Shown here: positions 16,881 through 38,222 of the stretch, one piece after another
Layout: every line of letters starts with the position of its first letter
Numbering within the stretch: the stretch's first letter is position 1
From: Trichoplax adhaerens
Taxonomy: Eukaryota > Animalia > Placozoa
DNA length: 64,000 nt
Reading direction: 5' to 3'
Assembly (NCBI RefSeq): GCF_000150275.1
Contig: NW_002060961.1
Span: 372,001-436,000, forward strand
Made by a program: the position numbers and the translations under genes
Notes under the pieces: model-generated
Seen by the model: the letters and a program-made list of their open reading frames with translations, nothing else
Told to the model about the DNA's origin: nothing
Database searches by the model: none

Positions 16881-17806
16881 ACTCAATAATAAAGTGATTA
16901 TAAAATTAAGTATTCGACTGATGGATCGCACGATTATCTTATTTAAATGATTTAAAAGTCGCCTAATAGGCCATTACTATTAACAACTGATAACTTAAAA
17001 GAACAAGGTATTAAACGTCAAGCTACACTTTACTATTACAATACAGTACGTCGTCTAAATTGAAAAGAAAGAACATTCATTCTACCGTACGTTTGTGATA
17101 TTATAGCATGCAAATAGGATGCCATGAGTGACAACTTACTGCTACCATAATATTCTAATATTTAGTGCAAACCAAATATTGAAATATTAGTTAATTATAT
17201 TACTGGAATGAATTTGTAGATGTTTCGGCTGTGTCGTAGGCATAAATAGCATATTAATGCGCCAACAACTACTTTCATGCCGTAGACTGCAATTATACAA
17301 GAATTAAGGCAAAATTCTTCGGTAGAAGATTAAAAATGACTCTATTAGAAAAGTTGGGCAGAAAATGAATACGCGTGTATCGGACTAAGTTTAATGATAT
17401 ACATGCAAAGAAGTACTTAACTAATACAGTAGGATCATTACTTGATACGATCACCACGAAGATCTATTGATGTATTATGTATAATTTATCATCAAAGATC
17501 TAATAATAAAATTACCAACACTCGGACGTTATAGCTCGATCAATGACATACTTAATGACTGAAACAGTTAAATTAGAACGCTAAACTAAACATCACGAAT
17601 GCAGCACTAAAGAGTTGACTAACTTAATGAATAACATTAATAAGATGTACATATGATTACAAGACTATTCCATGCATATCAAAAATGATCAGAACACAAT
17701 AGATTAATAATGTTCCACTTTACATTTGCCAATTACGTGCCATCTACAAATCGCATATCTACATTTATTATACCAACATGCATAATAGATATTATCTGTT
17801 TTCGCA

Positions 17807-25117
<7,311 letters not shown>

Positions 25118-25189
25118 CAATACAATACGACTGCACTGACGAACGGTGAACTGGCGGCTAAAATAGTGAAAATAATGCTTACTAATAAT

Positions 25190-26250
25190 ACAGTACGGTA
25201 ATATACTGTATTGCAATGATTGGGAGCGAACTGTGTACAGTACTATAGGCAAATTTACTTTTGGGACTGTATAGTACAGTACAATGTACAGTACAGTAGT
25301 TCAGTGCTGTACTGTACACTGTACACTGTCTACACGTGACTGGACTTTTTATTGTGTCTCGCCGAAAACAACTTAGGTACAGTGTACAGTGCATTGTACT
25401 GAGCTAAACTCAGTGAATAGTACTGTGATGGCTTCATGAAAATTTTGGGATTGATTTTACCTACAGTACTGAACTATACATGTGTACACTGTACAGTACA
25501 TTATACTGAGCCATACTCAGTGAATAGTACTGTGATGGCTTCATGAAAATTTTGGGATTGATTTTACCTGTACAGTACTGTACTCTACCGTGTACAGTAC
25601 ATTATACTGAACCATACTGTACTGTACTGTACTGTGATGGCTTAATGAAAATCCTTTCGATTGATTTTACCGACAGTGCGCAGTACATTGTACTGAGCCA
25701 TTCTCAGTCAATAGTACTGTACACTGTACACTGTAAAGTACTGTGATGGCTTCATGAAAATCCTTTTGATTGATTTTACCTACAGTACAGTGTACAGTAC
25801 ATTGTACTGAGCCATACTCAGTCAATTGTACTGTACTACAGTATGATGGTTTAGTGAAAATCCTTTTGATTGATTTTACCTACAGTACTGTACTGTACAC
25901 TGCACAGTACTGTACTCTACAGTGCACAGTATATTGTACTGAGCCGTACTCAGTGAATAGTACTGTACTGTGATGGCTTCATGAAAATCCTTTTGATTGA
26001 TTTTACCTACAGTGTATAGTGTACAGTACATTGTACTGAGCCATACTGTACTCAGTCAATAGTACTGTGATGGCGCAATGAAAATCCTTTCGATTGATTA
26101 ATTTTACCTACTGTACAGTACTGTACTATTCTACATACTGCTTGTATACTGTATGAGTGTACTGTACGTACGTACAATGCAGTACTGTACTGTACAGTAC
26201 AGTGTACAGTACATCGATTTTACCGCAAAAAAAAAATGATACTGTACTAG
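25190..26250. repeat. Tandem array of 7 ~100-125-bp units with TACAG/TACTG filler, 5' of ISWI
   Basis: Conserved core TGATGG...TGAAAAT...GATTGATTTTACC at ~25423, 25530, 25633, 25741, 25843, 25968 and 26065, mostly paired with an ACTGAGCCATACTCAGT mini-hairpin. Confidence 0.9.
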
Positions 26251-28204
26251 TGTAGTGTGTCACATATTGTGTATACGCGCAATTTCTCTCTCTTTGACTT
26301 TTGAAAGGCTGTAAAAGGCCCTGTTCTCTTAATCCAAGTGAGTTATCGATGTCGTGCTACTCTCTGATTCTCTGTGTTTCTTCTGATATGATTTCCAATC
26401 ATTCTACTTTCTCTCTATAAATAAACTGGCTTTCTCTGTATTATTTGTATGAGTATTGACTCACGTATTCCATACAAAACATGACATACTCTACTGTACA
26501 AGTGTACAGTACAGTACAGTACAGTAGAGTTCAGCCCGCTCCACATGGCAGTACTGTAATCCCCTTGCTAATGTAAAACTAGTGATACTGGAAGTATTAT
26601 CCAGTAATATCTACTAACTTTTACTGCAAGGAGGGAGAAGTTTCTCATAACGAGACTACTTATGCAGATCACTAGGAAAATTCTGACGTTACAGCAACCG
26701 CTGCATTGAAAAATAATACGTCACTATAGAAATGAAAAATTGCAACTGAGCAGATGACTAGACATCTTTTGTTCTGAAATCAATACTGTACGCTGTATAT
26801 AAAGTAGAGTACAGAACTGCAAAAAGGAGAAAAACAATTGTTAATAAATAAAAGGACTTGTAAAAAAAGTCCCTGATGGTACAGTACTGTACAGCTTAGT
26901 ATCGCAATCTTTCCAGTACTCTTTCCAAGGTCGTACAGTACTGTAATAACAGGGACAACTAGAAGAAAACCTTTCTACAACTGTCCATGACTGTACTCAA
27001 CCAAGTCCCTATTCGCAGTCACAGATGTAAAAGTAAAAGCAAACCTACAAATCTATAATGTACATTGTACAATAGACTACGTACAGTATAGCAGCTAGAA
27101 TTATATAGCACAGATAGAAGCCAGAAAATTGTACAGTCATCGATTAAAAAACGACTTCTAAATTTTGATACTACAGCCTGGACAGTACGCGTCCGCATGT
27201 TACGTATGAGCACCGTACTAGAATACAGTATATTGTACAGTATAGCGTATTATGCTGTCGTTTGCAACTTTGTATTATCAATTTATCACTCGCTCATGAT
27301 TCCATATGGAACGCAACCCATACGGCTTCACTATACCCTACTGTACATGCACAATATTGAAGAGTAAAATAATGGGTTATCAATACACTTTACACTACAA
27401 AAAAACTGAAGCTAAAATCACGTCATTAAAAGTGTCCTATCCAGCCGAGCCGGTGAGCATTGCCATTGCTAATACACACATAATTGGTTAATTATACTCG
27501 TATTATTGGTACCAATTCGATTTTATTACATTTGCTGGTACTTTACTTAAATATAATAGTTTCAGATAAACAAATTTATACATCACTATTACTTTGATAA
27601 AAACTAACATGTACAATAAATAATAATATAATTATCATATTACGGTTGTATCGAATAATGATAGTAGTAGTGCAGTAAAGATAAACAGTAAAACAGATGA
27701 TATCACAAATAGACAAGGTAGAACATGATGCCCTATGTCAAAAAAATTTCTTCACTTTTTTATCATATAGTATAAAATTTCAGACGTATTGCTGTAAAGC
27801 TGAGCGACAGTAACCCTTTGAGAATTCGAATCCTATATCGATTGTATTATCGGTGCAATTTGATGACTGAAATAGATACGTTAAAAACCCTTCATGTAAT
27901 TGGTGTCTTTACAAAATTACAAATAAAGTTCGGAAATCCAATCTCAAAGCCCTTCTTGCAGTACTTAACAGGACTTTCGATTAGAATAGGACGTATTTCT
28001 TGGCAATATATCGAGTAAATATCTAGCATAAATGTCATTTTATACATCTGCAACTCATTACCACTTACAATGATCACGATTAGACACCAATATTTCTCTA
28101 CCAACTTACGATAGGGTAACAATAACAATACTGACTGACTCATCAAATTATTAATATAGGATAACATTAATTTCCAGATAAAAGAACTAGATTAAATCGG
28201 AAAT

Positions 28205-31200
28205 CTACATTACATACTGACTTAGATGATCTTGAGATAATAACGGATCGTCATCCTGTCCTAGGTGATCACTAGCTATGTTGGTGGATGGTAAAGAGCT
28301 AACATTATTCATAGAAAAATTTGTATCTTGCATAATCGGTGACTGATTTGGCTTATGTGTCACCGAGGCCGGAGACTTGTTCGGTATAGGTGAAGCACCG
28401 ATTTGATAAGACTGAGCTGGCCTTGGCGATAGAGATATATGAGGAGGTGAGGCCATCATAACATTAGAATGATATGACTGGTTTCTAGGAGATAGCGCTG
28501 ATTGTGCACCATGAGCTTGTTGATTGGCCATTGTAGGTGACATCACTTGTTGTTGCTGAGTTGGCGTTATACCTGCGCCACTTCGAATTTGATGATTTTG
28601 AGGCGATACAACAGAAGCATTAGGCATTGATTGAGTCGGAGACATCACCTTTCCTTGGTGATTTTGCAGTCCCCTTGGGGATAATACATTGCCTTGAGGT
28701 GATACCATAGACGACGCAGGCAATGATTGAGCAGGAGACAAAACTCTCTGAGGCAGAGGATGCATATTTCTCGGAGACATAACTGGCGATTGTTGTTGAG
28801 ATACACCGGCTTGCGATGTATGAGGAGAAATAACTCTATCTTGAAAATTTCTAGGTGGTATAATGATACTTCTTTGATTCACGTTCGGTGGTGCCTGAGG
28901 CACTGAAGGTGTTGATAACACTCCTTGTTGAGATGCTGATAAATTTCTTGAGGACACCGCTGGATTTTGCCCTATAAGTCCTTGTGAAGACGAAATAACC
29001 TGTTGCTGTGAAGATACCACATTACGTGACTGAAAACTGTTACGCTGCTGGGCAATTCCAGCCGGCGGTCCATGGGTTGACTGAGTTGGTGACATGACTC
29101 TTTGCTGTGGAGTCATAGTATTTAGTGATGTCTTATTAACGTTTTGATGCAATGGGCCTTTTACAACGCGTTGCTGAGACATTCGTGGGTTTTGACCCAT
29201 AACTGGCTGCGTCATAAATCTTTGTGATTGTTGCACACCAGATGGTTGCTGTTGCATAACCGAACCTGATTTTATTTGATTATTACCGTTAATAGGATTC
29301 GATGAAATCATTTGCGTCGGATGTGACGCTTGCAATTGCTGCTGCGGCATCTGCACCTGTCGAATTTGGTTATGTTGAAGACCTTGAGGCCGTGATTGTT
29401 GTTGCAGCGGTTGTTGAAATTGTTGTGCTGCCATTTGACGTTGTGGTGGTTGCATTTGATGCGACTGTTGCTGCTGCTGTTGTTGTTGTTGAAAATGTTG
29501 CCTATTTGGCTGATTATTCAAGCGTTGCATTGTTGGGTTAGCTTGGCCAGGATATATTTGCTGCTTATTCATTTGTTGTTGCAGTTGCACTTGCTTATTG
29601 GGAAGGAATTGATTTGATGGATCTTGAGCAGATTTCACATAGTTTCCAGTCATACTATTTGTTGGGTTCTGATTAACATTATTAGGTACAGAATGTTGAT
29701 AGTTATTTTGTAACATCTGTAGCATTTTCTGTTTTTGTTCTGTCATAACTTTAGGCGCTTTTGAAGGATCCATATGTTGTACGGCAAGGTCATTGTTTCG
29801 ATTTAAATTTCTATTAATGTCCGGTCGTACAGGATTTCGATAAGGTTGATAATTATTTTCTGAAGATGTAAACGTTTGTCGCCCAACAGCAGGATTATTA
29901 CCCAGAGATGATGGTGACTGTGAGATCAACGATGGTGATGCGTTTCGTAATTGCCCTCTACCCATACCAATTTGCATTGTATGAGGATTACGTCCTTGTT
30001 TTAATGCGTCCTTAGAGCCGATGTTGTTAGGTGGTCCACGAGAAGGACCACCCTGCATCGAATTATATGCAACTTGACTTCTAACAGTTTGTTGAATAGG
30101 CTCTTGGGAGACAAATTGGTTATTGTATGCAGGAGTACTAGTTTGCATTACAGCCATTCGCCTTCTTGTCCATTGATCACGTTGCATCTGCTGCATACGT
30201 AATTTTTGTTTAATACTTGAACAGAATGGAACTGGACAATGGTTATCGTTACAAGTTTTTGCATGATAGCAACAAAGTGCTATGAGCTGCTTGCAAACAT
30301 GACAACCAGAGTTTTTCGTTTTACAGTTCTTACTATGCTGAACTATCCACTTCATTTTATTACAACTTTTTACATCGCATCCAGGGCAAGTACAAGCATG
30401 CTGCAATGACCAGACACATCGTTGTATTGATAGGCGTCGTGATTCTTGTGGATTTCGAGATTTATCATCACCATTACATTCATTCCCTAAATCTAAGCCC
30501 AATTTCTCCATTTTGTGTTCATGTCCAAATTTATCATAACAGGATAAACATAAATCAAAGTCCTAAAAAATTCAGGATAGAAATTATTACAGACATATTA
30601 TCATAATACTGATGCAACGATATACTTACATCACATATCGAACAATGGTATCTTGTTTCAACGTGATTACTACAATTGTTACACGTGTATACGAATCTGT
30701 CTTGCCCTTGATTATGCAATTCTACTAGCATTGCTATTGTCGAGTACTTTGCTCGCCTTAATGAGGAAAATTCAAAGTGCTTTTCACGAGCTAACGTTAA
30801 AAATGCATCACGACCATCCATTAAATCACAAGACATGACTAAGTCTGGATCTTTTATATCTGGTACTTCTTTCGCCTCTTCCACAGAGTATAATCGGATG
30901 ACAAAGAATACCTAAAGATGTTAAACATAATGAAATAGGGTTATGTTTCTTCAGTTATGAAAACAGTGAGAATAGCACTGATAATAAAGAACCTCTTTAT
31001 GTTTTTCCATAGTTGCAAATAGCCGCTGCGTAAGATCCGTTCCAGCATATGGATTCTTTTTATTTTTTCGTGTATTATTTGTCTTACTTTTGCTATTTTT
31101 CTTCATTTTCCCCTTCTTTGCCGTTTTTTTCGTACCATTAGAACCCTAAAACAATGAATCACGAAAGCATGATCAATACTTGATCTAATCTATCTAATAT

Positions 31201-34200
31201 CGAGCTTTCTGAATAATCCAAGCCACAGCTAACGCTGTTGTCTACCTGTCCAGCAGCTTCAGCCGCCGCACTCGCCTTTCTCTCCTGCTCTTCTTGATCT
31301 ATTTCCTTAATATTCTCTTCTAGAACATTTGGCCAGAAATCGCCCTCGAAATATGCCAACTGATTAGCACTGGTAATGTTTTCTTCCTGTGACATTCTAT
31401 GGATATCCTATAAGTCAATAATCGATAGAAATTGATATTTATAATTATACGCTAAAAAGATTGTCTCGCAACTTAAACTAACCTTGTAATCAACAACTAC
31501 ACTCTCTTTCTTGGCCTTATCAAGCATCCTTTTGTACCACTCTTGCAGGCGCTTAGGTTTGGGTATCTTTTGCTCAGGTGGATGACAGTGAAAGATATAG
31601 TCATCACCTTCGCTTGGAGGACAAGCCCAAATATGTGCCATTGTATAACTAAATATGATAATAGAATAAGGAACCCTAAGAGCCTGCAAAATTTAATAAC
31701 AATATCGAAGTTTAAACGCACCCAATTTTCTTAACAAATTCGAGATAACCAATGAGAATCTCATGATATACATCAGTTCGAAGATTGCTAGGCTTGAAAA
31801 AATGTACGCTGTCCAGATATGATACATATACTCGTCTGCAATGGACATAGAATATGGAAACGTTATCAGTTTCTTTAGTAATTATGATACAATGAAAAAG
31901 CCATATAAAACCGATGTTAATACAGTTGTACTACGAATGTTCATAATACATGAAAGATATCGCATCATCATTTAAAACATCTTACCTTTTGTTAGGGGGT
32001 GAGCAATCTGTTCCATATTCCTGAACATGCATACCAAAGAAGCATACATCTGTTCCGTCAATTTCTTCAAAAACGAATAGGGCTTTAGCACGATATGGGA
32101 ATGACTCTGGAAATTGATCTTGAAATCTGTAAGAAATTAATACAATCTCTTAAATTCAAATGTATGAGGCAAAGACAACTCCAAAAGACATACTTACTTT
32201 GTCCTCATTCCCTGCTTCACCTCTACAGTTTTTTCAACATTCGATACCATCCGCACGGTAACATTACCGGCACCCTTGCCTTTTAAGAAATTATTGACTC
32301 TCTTTTCTATGTGATCACTTAAATTCGAATCTGGAAGTTCTACAAGAGATATTATATCTTCAGACCAATGTTACTTAAATAGTCTACGTACAGTTTAGTA
32401 CTTACTGTTAGCTGAATATTTACTATCTCTTTTCCTTGATCCAGAAGTTTTCAAACAATGACTACATATGTACCTATCGTTAAATATTAAAACACAACTG
32501 CTCAAAAGGAGATCAATCTTTCCGACGAATTTTATCTTTTAACTTACCCATTAGATGATAGTTGATCATAGTGAAGGACACAAATGGAATGAAACTTTCG
32601 TCCACAGTCTATGCAAGCTGTCCAGCTGAAATCGTATCAAGGTGCACCTTAAAACACTTTCTGTTATGATTAGCTAAAAGTCAAGGAACTTACGGTTCAG
32701 GTTCTAAGTGATCATTTGTTTTCTTTTTAAAGTATTTCTTCGGTATAGCACTATCAAGATATCCCATACTGTTAATTAGTACATGTATACACAGTGACAA
32801 ATAATAGGGTAAATATGTATATTCTGTATTACAAACTTTTTATTTACCTCTGAGGGATGATCGGGTCATCTCCTATTCTAACATTCTCACCTTCGATTTC
32901 ACTATAACACTTTTCACAGAAATGGTATCTACATTTACGATTAGAAATCACGTTATAACATACACGTAGATAGTGTGATAATTGTAATAGTCTAATTTTA
33001 ACATTACGATACCTGTCTTGATAAGTCCAATAAACTTTGTCTCTTGGGATAGTACACAGTTGTTTTCCATAACAACACAATACTTGAGGGTTGAAAACAT
33101 ACTGTAAAATAGTTATGGCATCTTAATATGTTATCTCATAACGACGTAAATTCAACATGCTTTCGAATTATGCTGTATATCATTATTAATGATGTAAAGG
33201 AAAGTACCTTTTTCCCGCAACAGTAATGAAAACCTCTCATGACAGGGGTAATTTCTTTTTCAAATAGCTCAGCAAGCTTTAACGTAAAATAGAGATATAT
33301 TGAATCAGATAATTGTATTGCTTGCTACCAATATGACAAGTAATAAATGTTACCTTAGTGCACTGCTTGTGGACTCTCGTATTTTTCTTGTTGTATAACC
33401 AGGCATTTTCAAACATCAACCACATATCATCACAAAACTAATCCAAACAAAGTTATTATCAAAAACTTTTTTTAATACTTAATAGAGACAGTAGAGATAA
33501 ACTGAGCACTTACTCCCCATGGGCTTTTGTACATTCCTTGATGCAGACGGCGACTAATTGTAGATAAATCCATAGGATGCTTTATGATATCAAAATAATC
33601 CTTTCAAAAGATAAATGCGATCGTTATAAAGAATCAAGCATATAGCTTGATAAATATTACTTCAACATATTTTCATTCTAGTGCATACTGGAATATTCAA
33701 TACTTTCGGATCAACCGGCTCTCTGAAAGGCTCAGCATCAGCGGAGCTAGATAACTTCTGTAATACTGCCATCAAGGGTTGATGCAACTCCTCTTTGCTG
33801 AACACTGCAATGGTAATGATGAGTTAATAATGTACTACCACATATTTATTCCTTTATAGTTACAAATCCAAGTAGTTAATAAAGCAGTACTTTTCTTTTC
33901 GGAAACAGATTTCCGTGAATTCGACATTTCATCGCAAGGGGAAGATACCCTAGAAGAATTGTTGGACGCCGAAGGATCACCACCACGAGCCTATTTATAC
34001 GAGCGCAAATACCGATGCGAATCATGTGTGATTAAATAGCCTGTTTCACCTTGTTAATACACCATACACAACTTTGCAAAGATAATTAGTTTATTGAGAA
34101 TGTCTACCTTCGTGTTCGGTAAGGCTGGATTTAAATTTTGAATCAATTGTTTCGATATCGGTTTATCGTTGTTTGCTAAAGGCACTTGAGAATTTTCCCG

Positions 34201-37200
34201 ATTGGGCAAAAAATTTACTCCTTCTTTCGCTTCAAAAATAATATCAACGACTACTTTAATGCTATAAACTTCATATCAATACACTAGTAAAAATAGTTAC
34301 CTAAACGAGTTTTACGTTTTTCTTCCAATTCCTTCTTTATCTTGTAGATTTTCACGGCTAACATTTGATAATACTCTTCCTATATTTTTAAAGTTTGTTC
34401 AATTACTTAATGAGCAGCGTATAATTGAATACTTTTAATCTCACGCTACTTGGAAATAAACTACGGCTACCAGCCAAAACAACAATCCATTACCTTGCTA
34501 TTAGCCTTTTGATACATATCACGCTCTACGTCATGTGCATACGTAATCAGCCGCACTTTGCGCTCGTCTTTAATCATAATTGCTGGAGGTGGAAGGATAG
34601 CTCCAATCCTAGTTAGAGTGACCAGAGTTTGTTATCTTACAGTCCAAAATAATACTAATCAATGTGACATTAACCTCAAACAAACAGGGACTACTTACAG
34701 TTTTTGCGCCATATGTTTTCTTAAACTGTTATGTATTTCGTCCCTCCATGATCTCGCATGATTATTAATGCTTAAAAATACGGAGTCAAATTTATTAATT
34801 GTAGCACAGGAAGATGAATATTATTTTAGGAATTAAAATAATAACTTGTACGCAAACTACTTCGTAATAATTGATTACCCAGACTTGGCGTCTACTGTCG
34901 CTGATATGAAACCTGCGGTACGATTTCCATTAGCTATATAAAATGATTTGCATGCGTAGCTTAATAACAAATAATAATTCAAGAAGCATCAGCAATTCAA
35001 AATAAAAAATACTTACCCAACATTGTTGATGTTATGCCGTTTCTAATAGCTAGAGAGAATATTAAAAATGTTCGTTAACATATTACTAATATTATACATT
35101 GAACCATATCTATCTTTAGGTAATACATACAGGCATTTGCAAATTGCATCATATCAGGGCGCAGCTGCGGCTTCCGGTTAGTAATCAAATCTATAGTATT
35201 GAAGATGCATAAAAATAATTAAAAAATTGATGAAGAAACCAGTAATACAATTGCATAGCAGAAGGCTATTCTCACGTTGATTTGGTCCCTTCAATATTCC
35301 GCATATTGGACAATCAGTACGAGAACAATTCTTCCAATGTGAAATTATCTGGCGTGAGGACGCACAATATAATACTACAAGATATTGAATAGATCAGAAT
35401 ACTTAAATCAAGCGCTTACTTAATTTTTAAATAATTCATAAAGTAGTAAAATAGACAAGCGAACAAGTATACGCAAATTCACATATCTATTATATAATCC
35501 TTGCATGGCTATTTTTACGGTGGAAAAAATTGACAGTAAAGATTTGTTAGTAGGGTTTTTATTTATACCTGGGCAGGATTTACCCTCCTGACAATTTGAC
35601 ATATGGGCCAAAACTCCTTTCATGGAGGTACAATGAGGTATTTCGCATTCTTTACTAGTTTCATTGCGGCTGTCTTTTCGTTGGCATTTATGAGCGTGGA
35701 GTAGAAGAATTAATTGCTGCTGGAGTAATTTACATTTATCCGGATCGTGAACGGTGATATTTGGCTGAAAAGGATTAACGGTATGATTTAAAATGTCATT
35801 GCACAAGGATTTAATATATTTGATTACACGATATAGGCTGAGAAATGAAATGCTTATTATAAACAAATACGAGTAATATTACTTTACAAATAGAAGGGTC
35901 AACAACATAAAATAGTACAGGATCGAAACTTTACGGTATCTGCAGTTAATAGAGTAGTTATACCAAATTTATCGCACATGCTATTAAATGAAAATGTGCC
36001 ATTAATTACCAATGGAGTGTCTTTTAAATCTGTAGGGCATACTGAATTTCCAGGGTTAATCGCATGACCATTGCTTAACTTTTCTTGATTAGAAGAAATG
36101 GGAGATCTACCGGAAGACTAAATGTAGAAAGAATAAACAAGATGCGGCGGCATTAATCAAGACAGCACAAGTGCTATAGAATCATCGAGATTTATTGTAT
36201 AAGCACTTCTGGATAAAAAGATCAATACATCTTCAGTTTCACATTTTAGGACAATTATACCGAAGAAAGATCGCGCGATACAGTAGCATTAAATATAACT
36301 CTTTCAATTTAATTAATTTATACAACTGATTAATTCATCATCTTATCTTAATACACAGTGTAAAGATGATATCATATACGAACCATGAAAAAGGATTTAT
36401 CATAACTATCAGGCTCGCTTTTGACTATTGGCATAGCAGCAGACGGACCCAGCCTCTGCTCATTGCCAACATGTGGGCCATTGATATTGGCTGTGCCGTT
36501 GCTAAAATTATTAATGTCGTTTGCAAACGACATCATGGGCGTAGCCATACCAGCCACAGGTGGCGTCACTTGATTACTTGATGGTGTCGATGGTGCTGAA
36601 GTCGGTGCATCATTGTTATTGCCGCTAATATTATTTCGGTTATTGGTATTATCATCATTATTGTAAAGTTGGCCACTTCCGATGCTATCGCTAGAACCTG
36701 ATGATGCTATGCCATTGGTCTCCGATATATTAGCTTTGCCTGTCGGCTGTAGAATATCATCCGGTAATTCATCCTCAAGATCATATAAACTAGATAGCTC
36801 TACTTCTATCAAAGTCAAGAAAATGATACAACATAAAAATGTTGCTATTGCAAAGTGTTATTTTGCAAGGTAGAAATGCTTGTCCAGAACCGTACAACAT
36901 TGAAAAAGCAATCAATGAAAAATCTATCCATGTTTTAATTGACTGCGAAACAACATCGTTGCAAGTCAAGCCAATTTATTACATGTACTATTCGGTTAAT
37001 AGAACCTCTTTAGCTATAGACTGGACTTACCATACATAAAGTAGCAAATTACTATCAGTATAGAAGAAATATTTTTAGTTTTATAATTGAACTGTTGATC
37101 ATACAGACGATTGATCAACAAAAGATGATAGCCTGTTTGAAAATAGAGCGGAGCCATGTTGGAAATCTGAATTGAAACCGAATATTCAGGTATGCTCTTG

Positions 37201-38222
37201 TTTTACTCTGAGTCATGTACTTCAGTAAGAATACAACGGATTTTAGTGTCTGGTAATGTAAGACGTGAAAGTGTACCTATTCCTAAGAATGGCTGACAGG
37301 TTGGTAAGAAAAGCCTTGAGCTTTCTCGAATTTTGGCTCGTACCATCACGACCTTATAAAGGTAACAGCGATGGTAGAGTAGAGACTATGATAGAAGTCA
37401 AAATTGGAAAAGGTTTCTCTTGACATCAACTAGTTCTATATAGTGTAATACGGTCAAGATCGCAGTGACTCAAAAGATGATTTTGAATACAATACATGGA
37501 ACTAGAGCTGATGATCGTAATGTAGGCACTATATTAATGCAAGGCTTATCAAGCGATCAGGTGTTGCTATCATTCAAAATTGAGAGGCAAATTTCATCAT
37601 CCAGTTACTCACTCCTGACTGTGTACAAGCGTACAAGGCAAATGTGAAAATGCTTTGATAGAGTAGAGTACGATACGCATTCGTATGCACACTCTACTGA
37701 CTACAGTGCAGTGTAGCACTATGTCACTCAGTACTAAAACGTAGTGTAGTGTGTGCATCGGTAAGGCGGAGTTTTATGCTCTTGTACTGCAGTACTGTAT
37801 CTCGACTACAGTGTCAAGTCCAATAGTACTGTAGTAAGGCAAGTCTACAGTACTGTGGACAGTAAAGTAGGACGACCAGGATACTGTACAATGTTCTATA
37901 CAGTGTCCAAGTCAGTCTATTGGCCTATGGTGTTTGATAGCCAATGATGATGATCCGAGAGCATCAGTATTGTCCATCATCTACAGTACAATTACTGTGC
38001 CTACAGTGGGATACTGTACACTGTACGGGAAAATGTCGGAAAAAATTGAACCTTCAAATCTCAATCGGCGGTATCGATTTTCTTCCTTAGTAAGCAGTTT
38101 ATTTATTATTCAAACTTACGGGTACTTTCCACGGGAGATACAACAGATGAAGGCGGCGATAACCGGGGTTTCTTGATTGGTGGAGCGATGTCCTCAAACT
38201 GTGTGTCGGTTTTCTGACTCAT
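28205..38222 (-). CDS. CREBBP: CBP/p300 histone acetyltransferase (single-copy-type ortholog of CREBBP/EP300)
   Basis: N-terminal PPIKKPRLS and [16 protein letters not shown]; TAZ1 ([13 protein letters not shown]); KIX ([17 protein letters not shown]...[21 protein letters not shown]); bromodomain ([26 protein letters not shown]); RING/PHD; HAT ([25 protein letters not shown]); ZZ; TAZ2; Q-rich tail in a ~2.36-kb last exon. ATG at 38222-38220. Confidence 0.97.

Noticed and set aside
25390-26110. CRISPR-like repeat/spacer appearance
   Set aside because: Spacers are low-complexity and related to each other, there are no cas genes, and the context is eukaryotic
29302-29617. Hydrophobic + strand ORFs (poly-Val/Ala/Leu)
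   Set aside because: Antisense shadows of CBP poly-Gln codons
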